Origin: Octopus vulgaris
Lineage: Eukaryota
Direction of reading: 5' to 3'
DNA length: 64,000 nucleotides
NCBI GenBank assembly: GCA_951406725.2
Contig: OX597826.1
Coordinates: forward strand, 9,238,001 to 9,302,000
Shown here: in pieces, positions 26,350 through 39,923 of the stretch
Layout: each line of letters starts with the position of its first letter
Numbering within the stretch: the stretch's first letter is position 1
Notes under the pieces: model-generated
The model's input: only the letters and a program-made list of their open reading frames with translations
Databases searched by the model: none
Told to the model about the DNA's origin: nothing
Made by a program: the position numbers and the translations under genes

Positions 26350-26351
<2 letters not shown>
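26048..26351 (+). mobile_element. tRNA-derived SINE with CORE-like head and family D tail
   Basis: TTGTGTCCTTGAGCGAGACACTT...CTCAG...AAAATGAG block, then tail GAGCAGGCTGTTC...GATGGTGTGCCA. Confidence 0.75.
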
Positions 26352-26383
<32 letters not shown>

Positions 26384-26838
26384 TTCCTACTCTTGATGTA
26401 ACACAATACTTGCAAATAAGCCCTACCATCATACAAGGGGTGTCCTTCATTTCTAACCTGGCACAAAGATTTGTGCAGCTATGGCAAAATATTAACTTGC
26501 TTAGAAACAGGTTAGGGTTGGTAACAGAAAAGGCATCCAGCCGTAGAAAATCTGTCTCAGTGAATTCTGCTTGACCTAAGCAAGCATGGACAAGTGGGCT
26601 TTAGCATGATGCAGATGATATCATATGACTGTTAATATACTACTGTATTAATTATTTGACCCTGTGGCAGTATATATGCAAGATGTCTGCATCAACAACC
26701 AAAGTCAGAAATGACATTTTAGTTTAACCAATAACACAAGTTATGGTGAAACAACATTATATATTACAATGCACTGGAAAAAGTTAGAAGAGAAAAATAT
26801 TTTTACAAAATCTTTCATTCAATCCATGTGCATATGTG

Positions 26839-26883
<45 letters not shown>

Positions 26884-27075
26884 TATATGAATTTCTGTAT
26901 GTACACATGTGAAGCAGTCTTTACCACTTACGTGCATCTGAGTGTGTGTGAATATGTGTATGGTTGGATAGTGTACTTGTTCATGTGCATTTGAATGGGA
27001 TATACATGCTTGAATATATATAATTTCACTCTCATATATATATATGTATGTATGTATGTACATACATACGTACAT

Positions 27076-27109
<34 letters not shown>

Positions 27110-27672
27110 TTGTGTGTATACACAAATATTCACACAAACATGAACACACATGGACACAGGTTTATGCTTCTTTATATGTACAGGCACACACAACACCACA
27201 ATATAATATATATGCTGTATGTGCACACACACATAGATATGCACACATAGACACACATATTAGATTGTGTGTGTGTGTATGTATGTATGTGTATGTGTGT
27301 ATGCATTTTCTTAAATGGTTTTGTTAGAGGAAAAACACCACCCATGACCTTTTAAAGGGCCTCAGACACTGTTTGGGCAAAAAAGTGGGAGGGAATTCAT
27401 TCTCAGATTGGAAACTTGGCTCAAATGTTTGCAACAGATTGGACTCTGCTAAAGGATGAACACACATACACACACACACAGAAGAAGAAGAAATAAAAAA
27501 CATGTTAGATTGTTTCTATTTAATGCCTCCTGTTTTGTTTTCTGTATGTACTCCGTAACATATCCAACTGAGGATTCAACAAAATGATATCACTCTTCTT
27601 CATAGTTTGCCTACAGACACACAGGAATAGACTTGGAGTTTTGTTGTCATGCAATTAAAGTTTTAGATCACA

Positions 27673-27734
<62 letters not shown>

Positions 27735-27744
27735 TTTTTCTCTT

Positions 27745-27912
27745 TTATTCTTTTACTTTTTTCAGTCATTTGACTGCAGACATGCTGGAGCACTGCCTTT
27801 TGTTGAGCAAATCAATTCCAAGACTTATTCTTTTATTCTATTGGTTTCTTTTGCCGAACTGCTAAGTTACAGGGATGTAAACACATCAGCATCGGTTGTC
27901 AAGTGATGTTGT

Positions 27913-27946
<34 letters not shown>

Positions 27947-28345
27947 ACGGGCTTCTTTTAGTTTCCATCTACCAAATCCACTCACAAGGCTTTGGTCGGC
28001 CTGAGGCCATAGTAGAAGTATGCCCAATGGGACTGAACCCGGAACCATGTAGTTGGTAAGCAAGCTACTTATCTCACAGCCACTCCTTATATATAAGTCC
28101 AATCCATGCCAGCATGGAAAGCAGGCATTAAATCATGATATATATGTGTGTGTGTATGTGAACATACATAGATCTTTTATCTTTTACTCATTTCAGTCAC
28201 TTGACTGCGGCCATGCTGGGGCACTGCCTTGAAGAACTTTTAGGCAAATGAATTGACTCTATAACTTATTTTTTGTTTTATTTTAAGCTTTGTACTTATT
28301 CTGTTGGTCTCTTTTGCCACACTGCTAAGTTACAGTGGTAAGGAA

Positions 28346-28402
<57 letters not shown>

Positions 28403-28555
28403 GAGGGCCTGTTTCATCTATTGAATCCACTCAAAAGAATTTGGTTGGCCCGAGGATATAGTAGAAGACACTTGATCAAGGTGCCACATAGTGGGACTGA
28501 ACCCAGAACCATGTCGTTGGGAAGCAAATTTCTTATTACATACCCATGCCTGCAT
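27745..28555 (-). mobile_element. Two tandem family A SINEs (27745-28090, 28175-28555)
   Basis: Both are reverse complements of the family A consensus with an internal (CA)n. Confidence 0.85.
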
Positions 28556-28912
28556 CTGTGTGTGTGTGTGCGTAAAGCTAGATAGGTAGATAGACACACA
28601 ATTAAATAGGTAGATAAATAGATGATTTGGCATTTGTTAGAGTTTTGGAGACAACACCTATTTATTCTGGCCTTCTGTGCTCAGGGTTCAACTTTGCCCT
28701 TCGGCTCTTCAAAGTCAGTAGAGCGCTAGACCAGCAGTGATGTTCACTTCTTTTTACCTCTACTGTCTCTCCGCCTCTCTCTTTAACATGGAACAAATTT
28801 GTTGTGTTTTGATTGGGATAGGAATTCTACTAGATTTAGAAGCCTACAATATGCTGTTTGTCATGACAATGCCTCTTATGGTTTTACTTGGAGGAATTCA
28901 AGGCTCAAGGAA

Positions 28913-28946
<34 letters not shown>

Positions 28947-29338
28947 TTATGTATGGAAAAGTGGATGTCAAAATGACACTAATGATTGATTTGTATGTGT
29001 GGCTATGTTGTTTGTGTGTATGTATATATATATATATATATATATGTATACTGAGCTGGCTACTGTGTGCTTTAATCTTGCTACATGTGTTTGCCAATGC
29101 AACAACATTATTAATTTTGTATAATACACTATAGGGAAAACAATTGAAAACATTTTGGAAGCATTAAATCAATATTTACTTTTCTGTTTAATTAATGACT
29201 GTGTGTATTTTTTGTTTTTGTATTATTCCCCCACCCACCCCCACCTTCTCTCTCTCTTTCTCTCTCCATGTCTCACTTTGTTTTACTTTTACCATTTTTA
29301 TCATCAGTAATGAAATTTTCCAATTTACTCATGAATAT

Positions 29339-29356
29339 GAATAATAATAATAATAA

Positions 29357-29396
<40 letters not shown>

Positions 29397-29720
29397 GGAT
29401 GATAATAATTGTTTCTTTATATACCATTACGTTGATGGACAAGGAGATATTACAAGGACAGAATTAAAAATAAGAAAAGACACAGTTGCTTAGATAAAAT
29501 CACATAGGAGAAAACAGGCATGTAATACAACAGTATACAAGGGAAATTAAGTTGTCCCAACAAGAGGACAGCTATCTAGCATCATTCAAGGAATCCTATG
29601 GGTCCAGTACTACCAAGACTAGAAGTGGCAAGTGCCCTCTCCTAGCTGTGTTCTCCAGTTTTGGAACCATTCACTTAGACCTTACTCATCACTTTCGCCT
29701 TCCCTTCATCAAATGAGCAC
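29339..29720 (-). mobile_element. Possible non-LTR retrotransposon 3' end with (TTA)n tail
   Basis: (AAT)n array followed by a sequence resembling a reversed LINE 3' UTR. Clade not determinable. Confidence 0.3.
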
Positions 29721-30801
29721 TGGAGGAAGCCTTTATGTAGTTGCTTGAAATAGTAGTCAAATCTCTCTCATATCACCTCTGCTTCTGCCCTCACACTCTT
29801 GCAATCTACTCACCCACTTGCCACAATTCGTCTGTTCTCACATCATTCCTCTGTCTACTGTATTACTACCATTCTGTACTTTGCGTCATTCCCTACCTTC
29901 CCCAACTGATATGTATCATTAACCATCTCCCCTACTCTTGTCCACCATCCACTGCAACCATTCCTCAACTCAACCCAGCCTTTATGGTCATCACTTACTC
30001 TTCTCTACCTTCCCTCCAATGTATTTATCATTGACCACCCCTCAACCTCTGTTCTTCAATCATTATACTCTTTTACTTGTTTCAGTCATTTGACTGCGGC
30101 CATGCTGGAGCACCGCCTTTATATTCACTTGTCAACCATTTCTCATCTCTAGCCAGCCCTCACTCACCCTGTACACCCTCAGAATCTCTGTTCTTCTGTC
30201 CTCCCTCACTTCTATTCACTATATACCTGGAGGATCCACCCTCACACTTTATAACCACTATTTTATCTCTCTTTCCGGGTTCCACTTTGGTCCCCAGTCA
30301 TTCTTTTGTAACATGAGTAGCCACATATCTCTTCATGTAGCAAGAAACATGTTCTGTTCTGGTTCCTGCTTTCATACCTTATCAGCTCATATTATAACAC
30401 AAAGCTGCTTCCCTCTCTACTGTTACTCCACTTGGTCAAAGGGGTTCTCAGTCTTGTGAGCTGTATGGCAACCCCAATCATGAAAAATGCACCCAGCATA
30501 TGAAAAGTAGCTGGACTTAGAACGGTCATCTAGTCACAGAAACCATGCCGAAGCAGACAATGGCGCTTGATGCAGTCCTTAGACCTGTTGGGTCCTGTCA
30601 AACTGTCCAGCCCATACTAGCAATGAAAATGGACATTAAATGATGATAATGTAAGCTGTGGAAATTGAAACCAAAACCATTTGTTGTGAAGCGAAATTAA
30701 TGCATAACTATTTTGATATGTATTTGTGTGTATATTATGAATATTTGTAAATATGAAATTGTATATGTAAATGTGTGTGTTAGTATTTGTTAGTATTATA
30801 A

Positions 30802-30884
<83 letters not shown>

Positions 30885-31479
30885 ATGAACACACACACAC
30901 ACACAGATCATTGAAGTATCATCCTCCCTTCTAACATTGCAGACCACATTTGGATTAATAACTATATAAAGGAGACAGCAGGAATGGAGAAGAAGATGCG
31001 AGAGACATGGGAGAAAGAAATATAATAAAATCATGTTTAGTCTCTACACCACTGTGTATAATATGTGTTTCTGTGTGTATATATATATACACACACACAC
31101 ATACATTTGTGCAAGCACACAGTGGTCTTGCAATGGGTGTTAACCTTTTTCCCAAAGGTCTAGAGTCAGAAATACTGACTCCATTTCTTTTACCATTCTA
31201 CAAATCATTATTGAATTCTGCTTCCAGCCAGGCTCTACTAGTCTAAACTGTCTTCTGTCTTTTAAAAACCAGATCCACTTTAATCTGTATTGTCTATCTC
31301 AGCCAAAAAGTTTTGATCAACTGATCTTATTTGAGTTACCTTCCTTGCTTGCTGCTTATAGATTAGATTTTGAACACTTCTTACAAGGAGATTTGAGCTG
31401 CTAAAGGCATGGACAGTCTTAATTGATCAAAGTTTTCCATCTCATTGTATTACAAAGGTGGTATTCTCAATTATTTTGG

Positions 31480-31866
31480 CTACGTGGTTAAGAAGAAGCT
31501 TGCTTCCCAACCATGTGATCTTAGGTTCAGTCCCACAGCACAGCACCTTTGGTAAGTGTGTTCTACTATAGTCCCAAGCTGACCAAAGCTTTGTTAGTGG
31601 ATTTGGTAGATGGAAACTGAAAGAAGCCCAATGTGTGTGTGTGTGTTTGTTTGTGCATGTGTGTGTGTGTTCTCTACCACTGCTTCACAACTGGTGTTGG
31701 TTTGTTTATGTCCTCATAACTTAGCAGTTTGGCAAAAGAGTCTGATATAGTAAGTACCAGACTTGGAGAAAAAATAAGTACTGAGGTCAATTTGTTTGAC
31801 TGAACCTTTGAAGGCAATGCCCCGGCATGACCGTAGTATAGTGGCTGGAACGAAAGATAAAAGAAA
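31480..31866 (+). mobile_element. SINE family A (older copy)
   Basis: Head, internal (TG)n and tail are all present. Confidence 0.8.
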
Positions 31867-32744
31867 GATTTTGTGTTAGGAGTTGTTGGTGTTATAGTAT
31901 ACCTAAATCAAAGAAACCAATGGGAAAAGGCTTTCCAGCTGTAACCATCCTTTCATTTTGTGTAACAATGACTATGTTGTCCAATATATACTTTTTTCTT
32001 TGAAAAACAGCATCAGTGAGTTGAGGGAGATCTAGCTGCTATTTCTAGCAGATATAGTGACTGCATAGGAGCACCCTTACTGGCTTACACAGGATTTTGT
32101 TAGTTTAGAGAGAAAGTGAGAAAGAGAGTAAAAGAAGAAAAGGCTGCTGGTCTTATGATCCAGCTGTAACCATTCTGTTTTGTATCTAGGACTGTTTTAC
32201 CTAAGGTATCTTTTTTTTTTAAAGACATTTTTCTTCATTTGTAACAGATTTTTCTGCTATGTAGGCTGTGTGGTTAAGAAGCTCCCTTTGTAACCATGTA
32301 GTTTTGGGCTCAGTCTCACTGCATAGCACCTTGGGCATATGTCTTCTACTGTAGCCCTGGCCCAACCAAAACATTGGTAGATGGAAACTGAAAGAGGAAA
32401 AACTGACTAGGAAGATATCAGACAAAAACGATTGCAACGGAAGGCATGCAAGGATGTTGGTTCAGTGAAATTTAGCTGTGGGGAATATCTACCATATTTC
32501 CTTGGAATGTTATCTCTAATAGAGTGGCATCTTTTTTGGAGAATTGATTTATTTTCCAGCCACTTAATCCATCTAAATCTGGTGTTGTGTGTTAAATGTT
32601 TTATGAACTTTTGTGTTCTGTGGAAATATATGTTTATGTGTAAGCTTTTTACATGTAATTTCAGCATGGAAGACATATGTTAGCCTTCAGGAACAGACAA
32701 CGACTGTCGAGTTGATATTAAGTATTTGTTTGTAATATTCTTTT

Positions 32745-33093
32745 CTTTTCAGTTATCTGACTGTAGCCATGGTTTTTAGTTGAAGAAATCAACCCCAGGA
32801 CATATTCTTTGTAAACTTAGTACTTATTCTATCAGTCTCTTCTGACAAACCACTAAGTTACAGGGATGTAAACACACCAACATTGGTTGTCAAGCAATAG
32901 TGGGAAGACAAACACAAAAACACACAGACATAAATATATATATGACAGGCTTCTTTCAGTTTCTGTTTACCAAATCCATTCACAAGACTCTGGTCAGCCC
33001 ACGGCTATACTAGAAGACACTTGCCCAAGGTGCCATGCAGTAGGACTGAACCCAGAACCATTTGTTAGGGAAGCAAGCTTCTTACCACACAGC
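32745..33093 (-). mobile_element. SINE family A
   Basis: Reverse complement of the family consensus. Confidence 0.8.
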
Positions 33094-34849
33094 TATACAG
33101 GGTGTCAAAATTTTTGTTGCTCGAAACTGCAGCCTTTTATACAGACCAAAAAATTGTGCCGCATCAGTGAACAGATCCCAGTTTTGAGTGACGAAAACTT
33201 CGACATCATCTTACAAGTAAATACTTAGTCGATGTTTTCATGTATTTCCGAATGGCCAGTTTATGTCTTCCACACTGCAAACCACTTTAGTTTCAGGACA
33301 GGATCTCAGATCAAGACACTTGCTATGCAAGTACATCTCAATAAAGTTTTGGATGTTGTTTGTCTGTGTGTTATCTTACTTAAAGGGGGCAGGTATGAAT
33401 AAATGATTAAGAAGTTCAATTTGCAATCATGAGGTATTTCATGTGGAAGTCAAATGGTTAGATATAGATTTAATTTTACCAATAAATAATTGGATGGTGA
33501 CTTAGTTTAATACGCCAGTCACACTTTGTTACTGATACACATACACATAATTAATCAGCTGAATGATCAATTATACTTGATATCAAGTGTTATCTGAATA
33601 AGATTGACAATTATAATTTGAACTTAGTATATGATACTCTCTCTAATCAATATATATTACCATAATGCTAAATTATTGGATGAGATGCCTTATAATATCT
33701 TCTAGCCCTTTGCATTCTGATTTCAAATTCCATCTTAGCGCTGATGGACAGACAGATAGACTTACAACCAGATAAGCTGGCAACAGCATATTGACACTTC
33801 ATTCAATAGTAGATCAATTAAGGCTAATGGAATATTAAATCGAGATATAAAATGAGTAAAAAACAAATGTTTCCTTTTTTTTAAAAAAAAAAGCTAGCTT
33901 GCATGGCAGTTTGATTAGTAAGTTCACTTCACAATTACATGGTTCTGAGTTCAATCCCAGCATGTGACAATTTCAGCACTTGTCTTTTACCATAGGCATG
34001 GGTTGTTCAAAACCTTGTGAGTGAAATTTGGCAGAGGGACACTGGATAAAAGCTCATCATATATCATCATCGTCATTTTATGCCCTCTTTCCATGATTGG
34101 ATGGATTGGGCAGGTCATCATGGTCCAAGTTAGTTACTACTCTTCTAGATGAGTCAGAGGAACACATCTTGCTCATACATCTCATTTTTGGCTTGGTTTC
34201 TACGGCTGGATGCCTTTACTGTCACCAACCACTCCATAGAGTATACTAAGTGTATAATATTATCATGGCACAGCCCTAGAGGGTTTTATGTCCTCTACAG
34301 GACTAAATGGGACCCTCTCAACCTTATGGCTCTACATGTTCAGCAGTCACTTACTAGATTTTACTGGATGCATTTTATCATGGCACCAGTATAAGTGGCA
34401 TTGCCTTGTACCATTTAGGAATAGAGAGACATTAATACTCCAATACGTGTTCATTTGCTTGAGGCAACATAACCAAGAAGATGAATAGAGGAGATGCTGA
34501 TGGAAGAAAAATCTGAGTGTGTGAGTGAATTGAACAAGAGTATGATGGTAGAATCAGTGCACGAGTTGGAGTGAAAGAGTAATGGATAATGATGGAGATA
34601 GAAGTGAGTAAGCGCGAGAGAGAGAGAGAGAGAGTGTGTGTGTGTGTGTGTGTAGTTATTGAAATTAAAACTTTGTCTCATGATTTGAGGTTCACACCAC
34701 TGCAATCTTCAGGTGTGAAAGATAAAAGAGAGAGGATAATGCTCAGATGGTCACTCTCACTACCATGATATTTAACCCTTGGAAATGTCCAACTTTTAAA
34801 TGTAGGAAGTATAAAGATCTGCTAATGTAATCTCATCGCCAATAATATT

Positions 34850-35700
34850 AAAACTCGAATTCCCAAACTCTTTTATTAATTGTCAGACAGCAATTCTCCC
34901 CCCGCCACTTCATCATGAATAACTACTGTAGAACTTTTCATAGGAAACCTATCAAACTTACTTCTTCCACTACACATACCTTGGAAGCAATTATAGCAGT
35001 CTGTAGTAGAAATAAAATTAGAGAATATATTAGCAATTTACCTCTACTTAGCCAACTTTCTAATATAGCTTTTCCTTATTCTCTGCCTAATCCTTAAGTT
35101 CACATAAGAAACTCTACAAAGGCAAAACCCTACATTAGCCTGGCATTAGCCTGGGCAATGCTGATATTAATAATCTAATGCTAACTACCTCAACTAATGA
35201 ACTAGGTGGACAGGCCAACAAGTTGGTTACATCTCTATTACATACTGCAAATATTGTCCTAAACAGTCACCCAGACCCCATCACAAGGAATATAAATGTA
35301 ACTTAACCCTTTCGTTACCAACCTGGCTGAAACCGGCTCTGGCTCTGTAGTACAAATGTTTTGTTTTCATAAGTTTTGAATTAAAATTAGTCACAAGTTA
35401 TGTTACTAACACTAGCTTAATGATAACTACAATATTTTACTAAATTCTTTGTTATATTTAAAATAATTGAAAGAAACTCAGAGCATCTCAAAATAAATAC
35501 GGTAATGAGAGTGTTAACATCACAGACAAACTGTCCATTGGATGGAAATTGTGCCCACGAAAATGTGATGTACAAGTGTGTTAATACAGATAACACTTCC
35601 CACTTTTACACCAAATCAACAACTAATCTGGTAGAATGGATGTTCTTTTCCCATAGATACAACTTCATTAATAAAAAGTTTACAATTTTCAACATCTCTA
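34850..35700 (+). pseudogene. Penelope-like element remnant: RT C-terminus, linker and GIY-YIG endonuclease start, interrupted by a MITE
   Basis: NIKTRIPKLF; YCRTFHRKPIKLTSS..LEAII; and, after removing 35307-35517, KEYKCNLTSQTNCPLDGNCAHENVMYKC...FYTKSTT...HRYNF, matching the Penelope CNC..CPL.G.C...V.Y pattern. Confidence 0.7.
35307..35513. mobile_element. piggyBac-like MITE with TTAA TSD
   Basis: TTAA|CCCTTTCGTTACC ... GGTAATGAGAGTG|TTAA. Confidence 0.85.
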
Positions 35701-35969
35701 GCAGTATATATATTTTATAGATGTAAACACAAACACACACATGCGTGTGTGTGTGTGTGTGTATTTTTTGCTAATGTATATTTCAAATGGTATAAACATT
35801 GATGAGAACCTGAAAAAGAAAGAAAAAAGTGGTAATGCTTGCTGCCAGAAATGCAGTGAACCAGTAACTGGCCCATTGGATATATGTAACCATTGATAGT
35901 ATTGTTCACAAATTGCTTTATAAAATAAAATGTATATAATCATCAGCATCAGTTTGCTCAGATTAAAGA

Positions 35970-36007
<38 letters not shown>

Positions 36008-36554
36008 CCATCTGATGCAGAATTTAAACATTGTAAAAAAAAACAAAATTAAATAAGATAAAATATAAGAAGCAATAAAAAGCACTTTTTGTGGCAAATG
36101 ATGTTTTTTGGGGGTTTTTTTTTCACTACAGAATTTTATTTTTTTTTATAGGATATTCTGAAATATCTCTAAAATAATAATAACACAAAGTAAAGTTTTA
36201 ATCATGCGTATATTATCACTACCACCACTTTCACCACCACCACCACCACCACTTTCACCACCACCACCACCACCACTACCACTACCATCATTTTTATCAT
36301 CATCATCATCATCGTTAATGTTACGTCTGCTTTTCCATTATTGTGGCTTGGGTTAGACAGGTTGTCACAGTTTGAGTCGGCTTTCATTCAGAACTGCTCC
36401 CCTCCCAGACAGGTTGGGGGCCAGGCATTGCTCTTGGGTATGAAACCTTTTTAACACAGCCATTTTGGTGCCACCATTTTGGCGCCACTGATTTGACACT
36501 GACTTATTTGACAGCAGACGTTTTAATGTTTCTCACATTTTGTCACTCATCTGT

Positions 36555-36767
36555 TACTTGTTTCAGTCACTGGACTGTGGCCATGCTGGGGCAATGTCTT
36601 GAACTTTTCACCAAATGAATCAACCCCAATACTTTTTTTTTATTAAAACCCTGGTACTTACTATGTCAGTCTCTTTTGCTGAACTGCTAAGTTACAAGGA
36701 CGTAAACACAGCAACATCAGTTGTTAAGCAGTGGTGGTGGACAAACACAAAGGCACATACACACACA

Positions 36768-36817
<50 letters not shown>

Positions 36818-36976
36818 CGACAGGCTTCTTTCAGTTTCCATCTACGAAATCCACTTACAAGGCTTTCATTGGCTTGAGGCTATAGTAGAAGACACTTGCC
36901 CAAGGTGCCACACAGTGGGATTGAACTCCAAATCATGTGGTAAGAAGGCAAGCATCTTACTACACGGCCACACCTG
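36555..36976 (-). mobile_element. SINE family A
   Basis: Full-length reverse copy with internal (TA)n. Confidence 0.85.
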
Positions 36977-37497
36977 TGTAATGTCTCTCTCTTACTTTCT
37001 CTATGTGTATGTGTATATTTCTGCACAAACATGCATGTTGTATGTGTGTGTGTGTATGTGCATGCATGCGTGTTTGCTTTCAGCATCAAAACAGGTTGAA
37101 TGTCCAGCCAGCTGTGCTCAATCATCAGTGTCTAAACATCTGTCCTTTGCTTTCTTGTTCTGATCGCTCTTAAGTTCCATTTTTGGCATAGTTTCTATGG
37201 GTGGGTACCCTTCATTTTGCCAGCTATTTTACAGAGTGTAACTCAATGCATTTCATTGTGCCCTCAACCCTAGAGAGGTTCCCATATCACCACCTAAGGC
37301 TAAATTGTCCTCTCTAAGCTACATTCTCAATGTACATTCACAAACCATTCTAGTGCTGAGTGGATTTTATTGTTTTATCAGTCTTCTTCCCATTCTTCTC
37401 TTCTGGCCCTCAGTTGGTTACAACAATGAGTGTTCCAGTTGTTCTGATCAATGGAAAGCTAGCACATGAAATTAACTTGCAAATGGCTGAGCACTTC

Positions 37498-37665
37498 CCA
37501 GACACACATACCCTTCACAGACCAGACACACATACCCTTCACAGACCAGACACACATACCCTTCACAGACCAGACACACATACCCTTCACAGACCAGACA
37601 CACATACCCTTCACAGACCAGACACACATACCCTTCACAGACCAGACACACATACCTTTCACAGA
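37498..37665. repeat. 24-bp minisatellite, 7 near-perfect copies (CCAGACACACATACCCTTCACAGA)
   Basis: Directly visible. One substitution, in the last copy. Confidence 0.97.
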
Positions 37666-37835
37666 CACGTGTACTGTAATTCTCAGAGAGATTCAGCATG
37701 ACACAGAATGTTACAAGGTTGGCCCTTTGTATTATAAGTACAACTAATTTTTGCCATTTGAGTGGACTGGAGCAAGCACACAGTTGGGTATCAAACTGGT
37801 GACACTGTCAGGAATTAAACTCACCACCTTACAAT

Positions 37836-38261
37836 CAGGGCCAGATTAAGACCCATCAAGGCCCTAAGCACTTAAGAGATTTTGGTGCCCCAATAAAAGA
37901 TTATGTAATTCAAAGTATAAACAGTAACAAACTGTACAATGAATTTCTGTCTTTCAAAACAAAACAAAACAGCAAGAGGGAACATAATGTTTACTTATGT
38001 ATACTTCCACTTTATATATATTGGAAAAGTTTCCGCCTACTTTTTTGAATTGTAAAGTATTTGATCAGATCCTCAAAATTAATCTTAGCTAACACATCTG
38101 CATCTAAACTTAGTAGAGATAAAGGCATCCCGAATATTATTTTAGCAAATTTAAAGTGATTTCTTTTGTGCCATAAACCATTTACCATTTCTGTGGTGCC
38201 CCCTCCTTCCTTTGATGCCCTAAGCACGTGCTTACTTTGCTTAATGGTTAATCCAATGCTG
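37836..38261 (-). mobile_element. Non-autonomous hAT element retaining the transposase C-terminus
   Basis: Perfect TSD CTTACAAT at 37828-37835 and 38262-38269. Termini CAGGGCCAGATTAA and TTAATCCAATGCTG. Minus peptide LSLLSLDADVLAKINFEDLIKYFTIQKSRRKL resembles the end of the hAT dimerization domain. Confidence 0.88.
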
Positions 38262-38875
38262 CTTACAATCATGAACTGGATACCCTAACCATTAAGCCGT
38301 GTACATTCACTACCCACCCCCATTATAAGCTAAAGAATCCTCTCAAATATCTCTTAACCTAGACCTATAACCATGTATTATTATTAGGCAACCAAATTCG
38401 TGTAGCTTTATATCGATATTTTTTCTTAGATTCGGATAGTGAGTTTTTAAAGAAGCATCTCAGTTGCTATTTCACTCTTCCTATTTTCCATTTGATTCTG
38501 TGATGTTGCATGGCTGTCAATCAAATAATTCATCTCCTTCTTTTGGCTTTGTATTCTAAATTTTCATATTATAAACCAGAGAGGCAGCCTGTTTGAAATT
38601 GTTTGTAAGAAATATAGATTTCTCTTTTATTTTCTACTTTTAATTTTTTTTTCCAGTAGCATGTTCCTAGTTTTCTTTCTATTTTTTCTTTTTGTGTGTA
38701 TGTGTTTGTTTTTCTTACCTGTATATAAAGTGCTTTGGGTATTTTAACTGTTAGTTATTCTGATCTTTGATGTGACCCTATATAGAAACAGTTGTGCTAC
38801 TGTAAGGATCCATTGCTTTGATAAAAGTATACACACACACATGTAAATGTGTATATACATGTGTGCATGTTTATA

Positions 38876-38930
<55 letters not shown>

Positions 38931-39024
38931 TTATTTGTAAAAAGTTAATAGTAATCCTTATATTGTTATATATATATACATATATGAATGTGTGTGTATG
39001 TATATATATATATATACATATATT

Positions 39025-39066
<42 letters not shown>

Positions 39067-39068
39067 TT

Positions 39069-39150
<82 letters not shown>

Positions 39151-39224
39151 TTTATATATATAATATATATATATACATACATGTATGCAAACGCATATAT
39201 TTCTTCTCTACTTTCCATTTGCAG

Positions 39225-39259
39225 TAACAGAGAGAGAAAATCGGAGAAGAACCATGCAT
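39225..39259 (+). CDS. Candidate 35-nt exon (x)[11 protein letters not shown]
   Basis: Strong acceptor ttcttctctactttccatttgcag, donor CAT|gttagt, non-repetitive downstream flank. Confidence 0.3.
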
Positions 39260-39663
39260 GTTAGTATTAGCTTTCAGGATTTAAGAACCATTCACAGGAA
39301 CAAGAATCTCCAGTGTTATTATCTCTGATAGTGCCACCGGAGTTGTTCACAGAGTTGTTACCATTCCATTCTTCTCTGCTGCAATTCATGCATAATATTC
39401 ATAACAGAAATGTCTGGCAGATGTTAGCCACGTAAACACACCAAAATGTTCAAATTTTAATGGAACAGTGAACGGGAGTGATGGGGGGGGGGCGGAGAGT
39501 TTAAGGGAGTCTCACATTTTAATTTCATGCCTTGCAGACTATTTCTCTTCATTTAATTCTTTATCATCGCATTTATCACTTATCTTTGGTGACTTTCTGT
39601 GTATTTCTCTTTTTTTTTTGTTTGTATTTATATATTTCTCATTCTCATAAATTTAATTCATTT

Positions 39664-39730
<67 letters not shown>

Positions 39731-39890
39731 TTTCCTTTCTTCTTGTCTGCTTTTTCTTTACCCTCTTAGTTTTCTACATAACTCTGTCTACTTGTCTCTC
39801 TCTGTCTCTCTTTTTCTGTCTGTCTCTTTCTTTCTTTCTGTCTGCCTGTCAGTCTGTCAGTTTGTCTGTCAGTCTGTCTGTCTGTCTGTC

Positions 39891-39923
<33 letters not shown>

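Larger units (their letters stand above)
37405..38310 (-). mobile_element. SINE with family D tail, hosting a 24-bp minisatellite and a hAT insertion
   Basis: Reverse homology to 26048 and 52885 on both sides of the nested insert. Confidence 0.7.

Noticed and set aside
37360-37747. Repeat-protein ORFs (PDTHTLHR)n and a CRISPR-like appearance
   Set aside because: Contiguous 24-bp tandem units without spacers, inside a SINE. No cas genes and a eukaryotic context.
38797-39264. Cluster of YI-rich ORFs
   Set aside because: (TA)n microsatellite translations.
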